This document shows positions 39,282-47,690 of a DNA stretch of 64,000 nt, in pieces (position 1 is the stretch's first letter; each line of letters opens with the position of its first letter). The notes beneath the pieces are model-generated. The model was not told the DNA's origin, did not search any database, and saw nothing but the letters and a program-made list of their open reading frames with translations. This stretch comes from a virus, in IMG/VR virus record IMGVR_UViG_3300042484_001840, positions 1 through 64,000 of that record; one strand, given 5' to 3'. The position numbers and the translations under genes were made by a program.

Positions 39282-41219
39282 TTGGAAGATAGTGACCGCA
39301 GGGAAAACCATCCTGACTGGGTTCAGGCACGGGTTAAATCATTTATTCAGGATACAAAAGTCGGCACTGTTCGTTCTGGTTCTGGCGTAGGGCAAGCACT
39401 ACAAGGCGCAGTTTCATATGTAACTCCTGGTGATGTTAGTGGTGTAACTAGCCCTGTTCGCTCTCGTCTTTACTCCGCCATTACTCCTGGTGGTCGTGGC
39501 TTGCGCCCTCGTGTCAATAGACCAAATGAGCGCGGATATCGTTGCCCTGAGGGATATCAGTTTGGTGGTCGCTTTACTGACTCCAAGTGGTCCACATGTG
39601 GACGACAGTTATTTGATATCCCATCACTATCACGAACTTTGCTTCAAATTGCCGATAACGCTATTCGTGTAGGGCGTGGTATTGGTTATCAAAATCCTGA
39701 CACAAACCCTCTTGGTGGTGCCGAAGTTACTGGCGGTTCATTGATTCAGAGCCGTATGGCAAATATTCCTCGTGTTAGTGCTTTTGACAAAAAGAAGCGT
39801 GATGATGGCTTAAAGGCGGCAATTGACGAGTTAGTCAATCCATTGGCTCCAGCGTCAATGATGATTCGGCGCGATGGTTTCCCAATGCAACCAGTCGTTT
39901 CTGCTGGAGAATTACGGAAAGTTCCAGACAATCGCAATATGGAAGGCGCAGTCTTTCTATTGTCTGCATCCAATATTGATTCTTTTGGTGGCGATGAATT
40001 GGGTTTATTGTCAAATACTGGCGTGAGCACTTTGATTTATGTTCTACCTAATGGTTCTACTGTTCGTATGGACAAAACCCGTGCGTTAACCGTAGGCGAA
40101 CGGCGCAAGTTGGGCAAGACTGTCAGTTCGGCATCCAAGATTGACAATAGTAATGATCCATTGGCTCGTCTAAAAATGGTCATTTCAGACTCTGGTGGCG
40201 GAATTTCTATCAACAAAGATTTTTCTAAAATTCGCAATGCTGAAGAAGTTGTTGATTCAGGCAAATTTAAAGGAAAGCCTCGCTGGGTTGCTGAAGCGTT
40301 TCGCAATAGTGGCAAAAAGCGTACTGTTTCTCCCCAGTCAATTGTTGATGATTCCAAGTTGGATTCCGAAACAGAAACTCAAGCAAGTAAAAATATTAAT
40401 GATATTGAAACTGCTATTGAACATATAAACAACGGTGGAAATCTTTCTGATATTAATCCCGCTATTTTGCCTCAGGCTATTCGTCGTGCAAAAGTTTATC
40501 GTCAAAAGAATATTGGATCTGGTCGTATTCTTTTTGAGCGTGCTGACGGCGGTGTTTCTTTTATAGAGGTTTCCAATGGAAAGCGCCTTGAGCATCTTGG
40601 TGCCCATTTTTCTGCCGCTATCGCTGAACATCTTGAATTACCTACTCCTAAAGTCCGCATCATGGGCGAAGGAGACAATCGCCCGTACCTCGTTCAAAAC
40701 ATTGATACTGTCGTGCCAAATGGCAAATTACAATCTATGAAGTTGACAGATATGCCCGCAAAAGACCTTGCTGGTATTTTTGTTTCTGATTACTTGACAG
40801 ATGTTCGCAAACGAAATCCTTCTACTGTTTCGGCTGTTTCTGCTGATGGTAAAGTTCGCGCAATTGCAACGATGAATACCCCCTCGTCGTTGGCTGGTTT
40901 ATCTGCTGAAGAAATGATCAAGCGTCGCTCCATTGTTATTGGCGATTGGGTAAAAGCAGATGGGAATAACATGATTAATGCCATCAAAAACCGCAATGAA
41001 GAAGTTCGTCGTCAAATTCTGGCTGTTTATGAAGATTTAATTCAACGAGCACGCGCTTTTAAATGGGATAGATACATTAAGCAACTACGGTTAGACGGTA
41101 AACTTTCTAGTGCAGAACAAAAGCATATGGATATTGTTAAATCTCTATATGACCAAAGACTAGACAATTTAGCCAAGTCTAAGGAATCTTTTGCTAATAT
41201 TTTGGAGTTAGGCAAATGA
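39282..41219 (+). CDS. RCP-motif protein with a C-terminal HipA/PI3K-like pseudokinase
   Basis: GYRCPEGYQFGGRFTD..CG; FVSDYLTDVRKRNPST sits at the DRHxxN position. Confidence 0.65.
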   Translation: MEDSDRRENHPDWVQARVKSFIQDTKVGTVRSGSGVGQALQGAVSYVTPGDVSGVTSPVRSRLYSAITPGGRGLRPRVNRPNERGYRCPEGYQFGGRFTDSKWSTCGRQLFDIPSLSRTLLQIADNAIRVGRGIGYQNPDTNPLGGAEVTGGSLIQSRMANIPRVSAFDKKKRDDGLKAAIDELVNPLAPASMMIRRDGFPMQPVVSAGELRKVPDNRNMEGAVFLLSASNIDSFGGDELGLLSNTGVSTLIYVLPNGSTVRMDKTRALTVGERRKLGKTVSSASKIDNSNDPLARLKMVISDSGGGISINKDFSKIRNAEEVVDSGKFKGKPRWVAEAFRNSGKKRTVSPQSIVDDSKLDSETETQASKNINDIETAIEHINNGGNLSDINPAILPQAIRRAKVYRQKNIGSGRILFERADGGVSFIEVSNGKRLEHLGAHFSAAIAEHLELPTPKVRIMGEGDNRPYLVQNIDTVVPNGKLQSMKLTDMPAKDLAGIFVSDYLTDVRKRNPSTVSAVSADGKVRAIATMNTPSSLAGLSAEEMIKRRSIVIGDWVKADGNNMINAIKNRNEEVRRQILAVYEDLIQRARAFKWDRYIKQLRLDGKLSSAEQKHMDIVKSLYDQRLDNLAKSKESFANILELGK

Positions 41220-44200
41220 GTAAAATAGTTCTTATTAAAGACGCAATCAAGGATGAGCCATACGCTCTTGTGTCTTACGACTTCATGGAAGTTAAGGCAT
41301 TTGCGTTAACGGACGATGCCGAAGAGTGGTCTGAGTGGGCTAATCAGTCATGTAAAACAATTGACGAGATTCGTGAAAGTCTTACCTATTCACTTCAGAC
41401 AGAACTTCCACGACCAGCAACTGAAATTGAATTAGATGGAATTAAGCAATTCACCACATCTGAGCGTTTTATTCAAATTAAGTCTGCAATTAGTGAATCA
41501 AAACTTGAAATGGTTGGCACATTCAGTCGTCAGAGTCGTCGCTTTGCCGTAAAGACATTGAAAGATTCGGAACTTCCAGAAAGTCCATCTTCATTGCCTT
41601 TGACTTCTTTTAGTGCTCAAAGTCGGCAGGCAATCATTGAGTATAAGGCCTTGTCTTACAGGGCTGACAATAAGTTCTCGGCTACAGCCTTTGAAGCAAA
41701 GGGTGCGCGAGCATTATGGGACCCCTCCCTTGGACCATCTGGCGGATGGCGATGCCCTACTGGTTCTCAGTTCGGTGGATACATCACTGACCGCTTTGGT
41801 CGTGGATGCGGTGGAGGGGTTCTCCGTCGTGTTGGGCGAGCATTAGTTGATGCAGGTCGTGGAATTGACAAATTGGGCGAGGCACGAGGCGCTCGTCGTC
41901 TTGGTCGTGCCGCTGACAAACTCAATAATAAGCCTGGTGGCGGACGCGCTCAGCGTGCCGTTGGTAATGCGGCTAATGCCCTTGAGCGTGGCGCACAGCG
42001 TTTGGTGGGAGACTTTAAGCCTGGTGATGGGCGTGCTCGTCGTCGTGGTATTTCAGCACCAGATATTGCTCCTGAGCGTAAAAAGGAAATTGATGACCGC
42101 TTGATGGCTATTCAGGCAGAACTTGATGATCTGGTTGATCAGCCTCCGACTGGCGATATTGAGAAGCGTATTACAGAACTTACCAATGAAAATAAGAAGT
42201 TGCGTCGCGAGCGAGATGGAGCAATGCCAAAGCGCATTTCTGCCGTTAAGCCTGCTCCATCAAAGCGTCGTGTTGTTAAGCCTGAGGCTGGACGCAACGA
42301 GCGAGTTCAAGGTGCACGCCCTGTAAAGAAGCCAGTTACGCAAGGTCGTCGTCAGGGCGTTCTAGATCGTGCCGCTCAACGACTCGTTGGAGAATATGAC
42401 CCATCAGAGTATAAGCCTGGTGACAAAAAGCGTATCAAAGATCGCGAAAATCGCTACGCAAAAGTTTCTGATGAAGCATTGATTAATGCGCTAAAGATGA
42501 ACTCGCCCAAGGCTGTTAAGCCGGGTCAGAATCGTGACATTGAGGCAAACAAGCGTCAAGAGCGACTTGAAGTTCTTCAGGAAATGCTCAATCGTGGCAT
42601 TGATGTCCCAGAACAATTCAAGAAGGAAGTCAAGCAGTATCGCTTAAAGCCCCAGCGTAAGAAGCGTGGCGCTAAGGCTGGTAGTCGTCGTAGTCGTGCC
42701 GCCAACGCCCTAGAGCGAGCCGCTCAGCGAGTTCTTGCAGGGGACAAGAATAAGAAGCGTCGTGACCGTAGTCGTCGCAAGCGTGCCGCCGATGCTCTTG
42801 AGCGTGGTGCAAAACGGATTCTTGATGGTAAGAAAAAGCCTAAAAAACAAGATAATCGCAAAAAGCCACAACCAAACGGTGGTCTTAACCTACCTGGCGG
42901 TGGTCGTGGGATTATTGAACCGCGAGATACTGAAGGTCTACCAAAACCAGGTATGGGGGGCATGCGAAAGCCTGGTGAAGGTCAACTCAGTCTTGAAGAA
43001 CTTCAAGATTTAATAGATAGTAATGCAGGAATTACTGGTCTTTCTGAATTACGCAAACAGTTTAAAGATTATGACGATGCCCAGATTGACGATTTTTTAA
43101 GTCGTTTTGTTAAAGCACGCGAAAAAATAGATAATGATGATCCAGAAAGATTAAAACTTGACAAGTGGATCATCAATCTTGAAATGGAAAAAACCGCTCG
43201 TGAACTTGATCGCCTAAAGAAGGGCAAGAAAGAACGAGATAATCAGCGTGCCCGTGCTCGTCGTGCCGTTACCGCTCAAAGCGCATTTACCCCCATTCGT
43301 CGTCCACGCCCAAAGAAAATGAAGGGCGACAAGATTGCTTGGGACGATATGGATGCCCAGCAAAAAGCACGCATGCGTAATCGTGCTATTGCCGAACTTG
43401 ATGATCTTGATGCAAGTTGGCGCAAGCGTCTTGGTTTAAAGAGCAATGAACCACTCACTGACAAGATGATTCGTGACTACATTAAAGAACGAGAGAACAA
43501 CAAGCCTGGTGCTTACATTGGCGTTCTTAAGGCTAACGCTAACGACTGGGGCGTTCTTAAGGATTACGCAAATGACCTTGAGAATGGGGATATTCTAAAT
43601 AATCTTGGTCCGAAGCGTCGCAAGACACTTGTTGACGACTTGAATAATGCTTCTGCACCTAAGCGTGTTAAGACACCAAGTTCACCCCGACCCAAGTCTG
43701 CCCCAAGTGCAAAAAAGCGTGATGGTCTAAACGATAATGAAAAGAACCGTCTCAAAGAACTTGACGGACCTGAGTTTGACAACCAAGTAGAAGCATTTGA
43801 CGAAGCAGAGCGTCTGGCTAAAGCAAATAATGAATCTATGGTTGCGTTTGAACAAGATGGAAAATTCCGTGTTGTCAAGGCTCAAGACTTTAACGATCTA
43901 CTAGATGGCATTGATGATGACAGTCGTATGCAAAATGCGATTGGTAGTGTTCGCCATTTTGATGCTAATGGTAACGAAAGCAAAATTGATGTTTCCGAGT
44001 CTGCTCGCGTTAAGCAATCAATTAAAGAATCACTTGGCATTGATGCTCCAGAATCGCTTGGTGGCTCAATACCCGATGATCGGTCACGACGAAATGTGCG
44101 TAATCGGTTCCCGAATAATGGACTCCCCGATAAGGCATTCTGGCGAGACAAGGACTGGAAGCCTCGTACTGGTGGAGATGATGCAGAAAAGCATGAGCGT

Positions 44201-47200
44201 AGGTTTGGTCGCTACTTTGATTCCGATGGCAATATTAATGCTCGTGGTCGCTTTGTTAACGCTCAGTTAGAACAAGAGCGAGCAGAAAAGGCAAAGCCTA
44301 GGTTTAGTAAGACACCAGAATCTGTAATTCCAGAATCTAGTCGTAGAAAAACATCTACTTTTAATTTTGGTAAAGTTGAAGTTTTTGGCGAGGATAATAA
44401 CGGAAGAGTTCTTTGGAAAGACAAAGATGGCTTTGTTATTCCTGACAACATCGTAAATGATGAAGCCGTACGACAACGCTACATGCGTTATGCAAAAGAG
44501 GGGCGAGATGCCTATCTAAATGGAACATTTGCGCAAAATCTTGGCAAAAAGATTGATGATCTTTTAGTCAATAACGACCCCGATAAGCGTCGTGATTTAA
44601 GAACTAATCTCCAAAATCTCATTGAAGATCGTCGTTTTTTAATTGCACGAGATAACCCCGTTGCGGAACGAGGCAAATGGGCTGGGGAATTAGTCGCATT
44701 CCAAAACATGCTTAACGAGTTGGATGCTCATCCAAACGCAGTAGACATTTCCCCAATGAAAAATGAAGGACTTGATTCCTTGCCCAAGGCTTCTATTAAG
44801 CGTCGCGATTTATCCCTTATCAAATTGCCTGAATTTAAAGAAGCAAAAGAAGTATTCGTTCAATATTATGACCTTCGTAATGACAGGTTCAAAGCACATC
44901 TTGAAAACGACAGGCTTGATGATGCAAATATCATGATTGAAGGACTTGCTAACGAAATTGATGGGCATAATAAGATGTTGGCTGACCCTGCAATGCCCGA
45001 AGAAGACAGAATTAAGATTTTAGCGCGCCGTTCAGCCGCTCTTGAAAAAGTAGGTAAGTTTAACCAAGATTTGCAACTTCGTATGGATGAAATCAATAAA
45101 CGAATTGGCGCAGAGAACGCTGCACGATTAGGAATTCCAAGACTAAGCGAAGGCAACATCCCAGATAGTGTTGACGCACGGCGGAGAGCAATCATTGGAA
45201 ACAATTATGAAATAAGGCTTTTGGACAATATCAACCTTGAAAGAGCAAAGGAACGCGCTGCGGAACTTGCAAAAGAAAAAAATGATGGCGAAGGCATCTA
45301 TGTTACACAGGATAAAAAGAGTGGCAAATTCTTCTTACTAACTCGGGCTAATTTTGAAGAAGCAGTTAAAAACGATGCTTTTTCTGAAAATTATGTCGTT
45401 GATGCTGTCGTCTATGCCGCAAAGACCCCAGCGCCACCAAAGCCTCCTAGCGTTGCAAGAATTCCTGATCTAAATGATCCGTTTGATGGATTTAAATTGT
45501 GGAACATGCCAATGAGTTTTGATGCGGACGATAAAGGTAATGCAATCAACGCAGCAAAAAGATATGCTGTTGAATTTGATAGCGATTTTGTAGTAGCACA
45601 ACGCATAAGTGATGGAAAGAAATTTGTTCTTGATGCTCGTGACTGGAATGACTTTGTAAACTCTCCAAAAGTAAATAGTGATGATTTCACTGGCGTGGCA
45701 ATTTTTGGCGGATATGGAAGAGATACCGACGGAATGCCTCGGCTAAACGCTGGCAAAAAACAACTTATTAATGAAATGCAAAGTAGAGATTTAGGTCGCG
45801 TTTTCCCTAAGGGTAATCGCATTTTTGGTAGTGGTGATAAGAAAGCAAAAGAACGCGCTCAAAAGTTTGCCAAAGAACAAGCAGATGCCGATGGTCGGAA
45901 TCGTTATGTTATTGACACTGGCAAAGAATATATGGTTGTCAATGAAAAAGAATATAAAGAACTGCTAGCAGAATTCAATAACAAGGAACAACGCCTAAAT
46001 GCAACGCTATCTCCAGAGAAGTTCATTAGAGAACGAAAAGGGAATAATGGAGTAGGTAGGGGCGCTCTTTCTGGTCCAAGGGAAATGGATATTGATTCCG
46101 ACGAATATAAAGACGCTGTTGTAGCAGTACATCAACAGAAGGGGTCAATTCAAGATATTCCAGACCCACTATTTGCTGCTGTTGTATTTGACGAAAACAT
46201 TACGGACGGTAAGGGCAATTCATTAGAAATGCCAGATGGAAGTGGCGTTGTTCAATTTGAGGACATTTTTTCTGGACGCTTTCAGCCAGATGAAAATTTT
46301 AGATTTGAAAATTTAAGATTTAAGTTTACGCAGAAAAAGCCAAATAATTACAGAGACCCAGACTATGGCGGGGTCTGGGCTGTTTATAAAGTTGAAGACA
46401 AGCAAACTGGCGAAACTTGGTGGATTAAATCTTCGGCATATGGAGTTCATGACGCACTACTTGAAGACATTGGCATGGAAGGTGCTGGTATCTTTAATTT
46501 TGCCGCTGCAAATAACGCAAAGAACATAAGAATTAGTGGTGAAATTCCGCTTGAGCAAAATGGTAGAAAAGTCAGATGGACTGCCATGCGTGATATTGAT
46601 GCATGGGAAGCCCCAGAGGGTCAAGAGCAACTCAGTTGGGTAGATGCCAATAATGGTGGCATTGACGGCAATAATGTCAGTCTAGAAGATATGGCTAATA
46701 TTTTTGTTATGGATTTTGTCTTGGATAATCAAGATAGGCATGGCGGAAACTTCAAAATTGCAACTGATAATAATGGTGTTCAGCGTCTAGGCATTATTGA
46801 TAATGGTTTAATGTTTGGTGGTCGCGGATATGACATTATTGGTATGAGCCGTGATAACCCATTATCAAAAGCAGACATTAATCAAATTGCTGCAGAACGA
46901 GAAGCGTTAGACATGAAGGGATATGCAGAGGGTGATGGAAATATTTTAATAAGAGGATACAGTCTTCCTTCTTCATTCAAGAATCGCCTAGCGTCAAGTC
47001 AATTTGCTAGAGATGAATTCAATCTTCAGGTTAAATACTCAATTGAAACAATGCGAGAAAATATTGACAGAATTCTTGATGAGCAAAGAATTAAAGGAAA
47101 AGGTATTAAACTTTCAGAAACAGAACTAGCACATCTAAAAGCAATGAAATTAGTTGCTGATGCTCGCTTGAAATATCTTGAAGCAAACCCAACTGCTGTG

Positions 47201-47341
47201 ACTGACTATTTGTTGAAAGACCTACAAGTTAATCAGTCTTCTTCAACTCCCAGTCCAATAAATGCCCCAATGTCTCCAATTCGTCGCCCAAGGGGATTAA
47301 CTGGTCGTCAGGTTGGCTCGCCTTTTGCTGGAGGATTGTAA
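41216..47341 (+). CDS. 2041-aa polyvalent protein with RCP motif and C-terminal HipA/PI3K-like kinase
   Basis: WWIKS...LLE...DFVLDNQDRHGGNF...IIDNGLMF. Confidence 0.8.
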   Translation: MSKIVLIKDAIKDEPYALVSYDFMEVKAFALTDDAEEWSEWANQSCKTIDEIRESLTYSLQTELPRPATEIELDGIKQFTTSERFIQIKSAISESKLEMVGTFSRQSRRFAVKTLKDSELPESPSSLPLTSFSAQSRQAIIEYKALSYRADNKFSATAFEAKGARALWDPSLGPSGGWRCPTGSQFGGYITDRFGRGCGGGVLRRVGRALVDAGRGIDKLGEARGARRLGRAADKLNNKPGGGRAQRAVGNAANALERGAQRLVGDFKPGDGRARRRGISAPDIAPERKKEIDDRLMAIQAELDDLVDQPPTGDIEKRITELTNENKKLRRERDGAMPKRISAVKPAPSKRRVVKPEAGRNERVQGARPVKKPVTQGRRQGVLDRAAQRLVGEYDPSEYKPGDKKRIKDRENRYAKVSDEALINALKMNSPKAVKPGQNRDIEANKRQERLEVLQEMLNRGIDVPEQFKKEVKQYRLKPQRKKRGAKAGSRRSRAANALERAAQRVLAGDKNKKRRDRSRRKRAADALERGAKRILDGKKKPKKQDNRKKPQPNGGLNLPGGGRGIIEPRDTEGLPKPGMGGMRKPGEGQLSLEELQDLIDSNAGITGLSELRKQFKDYDDAQIDDFLSRFVKAREKIDNDDPERLKLDKWIINLEMEKTARELDRLKKGKKERDNQRARARRAVTAQSAFTPIRRPRPKKMKGDKIAWDDMDAQQKARMRNRAIAELDDLDASWRKRLGLKSNEPLTDKMIRDYIKERENNKPGAYIGVLKANANDWGVLKDYANDLENGDILNNLGPKRRKTLVDDLNNASAPKRVKTPSSPRPKSAPSAKKRDGLNDNEKNRLKELDGPEFDNQVEAFDEAERLAKANNESMVAFEQDGKFRVVKAQDFNDLLDGIDDDSRMQNAIGSVRHFDANGNESKIDVSESARVKQSIKESLGIDAPESLGGSIPDDRSRRNVRNRFPNNGLPDKAFWRDKDWKPRTGGDDAEKHERRFGRYFDSDGNINARGRFVNAQLEQERAEKAKPRFSKTPESVIPESSRRKTSTFNFGKVEVFGEDNNGRVLWKDKDGFVIPDNIVNDEAVRQRYMRYAKEGRDAYLNGTFAQNLGKKIDDLLVNNDPDKRRDLRTNLQNLIEDRRFLIARDNPVAERGKWAGELVAFQNMLNELDAHPNAVDISPMKNEGLDSLPKASIKRRDLSLIKLPEFKEAKEVFVQYYDLRNDRFKAHLENDRLDDANIMIEGLANEIDGHNKMLADPAMPEEDRIKILARRSAALEKVGKFNQDLQLRMDEINKRIGAENAARLGIPRLSEGNIPDSVDARRRAIIGNNYEIRLLDNINLERAKERAAELAKEKNDGEGIYVTQDKKSGKFFLLTRANFEEAVKNDAFSENYVVDAVVYAAKTPAPPKPPSVARIPDLNDPFDGFKLWNMPMSFDADDKGNAINAAKRYAVEFDSDFVVAQRISDGKKFVLDARDWNDFVNSPKVNSDDFTGVAIFGGYGRDTDGMPRLNAGKKQLINEMQSRDLGRVFPKGNRIFGSGDKKAKERAQKFAKEQADADGRNRYVIDTGKEYMVVNEKEYKELLAEFNNKEQRLNATLSPEKFIRERKGNNGVGRGALSGPREMDIDSDEYKDAVVAVHQQKGSIQDIPDPLFAAVVFDENITDGKGNSLEMPDGSGVVQFEDIFSGRFQPDENFRFENLRFKFTQKKPNNYRDPDYGGVWAVYKVEDKQTGETWWIKSSAYGVHDALLEDIGMEGAGIFNFAAANNAKNIRISGEIPLEQNGRKVRWTAMRDIDAWEAPEGQEQLSWVDANNGGIDGNNVSLEDMANIFVMDFVLDNQDRHGGNFKIATDNNGVQRLGIIDNGLMFGGRGYDIIGMSRDNPLSKADINQIAAEREALDMKGYAEGDGNILIRGYSLPSSFKNRLASSQFARDEFNLQVKYSIETMRENIDRILDEQRIKGKGIKLSETELAHLKAMKLVADARLKYLEANPTAVTDYLLKDLQVNQSSSTPSPINAPMSPIRRPRGLTGRQVGSPFAGGL

Positions 47342-47342
47342 A

Positions 47343-47690
47343 ATGGAACAAGATATTGAAAGAACAGAAAAATCTTTAAAGGATTTAAAGAAAGAAATCA
47401 CATATCCTGCTGTTATTTATGTTGAGACAGAACAGGGAAATATTGCTCCAATTTTAGTTCTTGAACGAAAAGGTAGAATTACTTCTTATTTTTGGGGCGA
47501 TGTTAAACGCTATGATTCAAATGAGTATAATGTTGTTGGTGATACTGTAAGACTATCTATAGGTTCGCAGTCGTCAGCAAAACTATTTTTTATTGATAAT
47601 GCCACTCCTGTGGACATTGACAGACTTATAGATCAGGCTAAGAAAAATAAGATAGTCAAACCAGAACCTAAAGGCAAAACATCAAAATGA
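47343..47690 (+). CDS. small protein, putative partner/immunity of the upstream kinase
   Basis: ATG 2 nt after the upstream stop, with a GGAGG RBS; 115 aa. Confidence 0.65.
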   Translation: MEQDIERTEKSLKDLKKEITYPAVIYVETEQGNIAPILVLERKGRITSYFWGDVKRYDSNEYNVVGDTVRLSIGSQSSAKLFFIDNATPVDIDRLIDQAKKNKIVKPEPKGKTSK

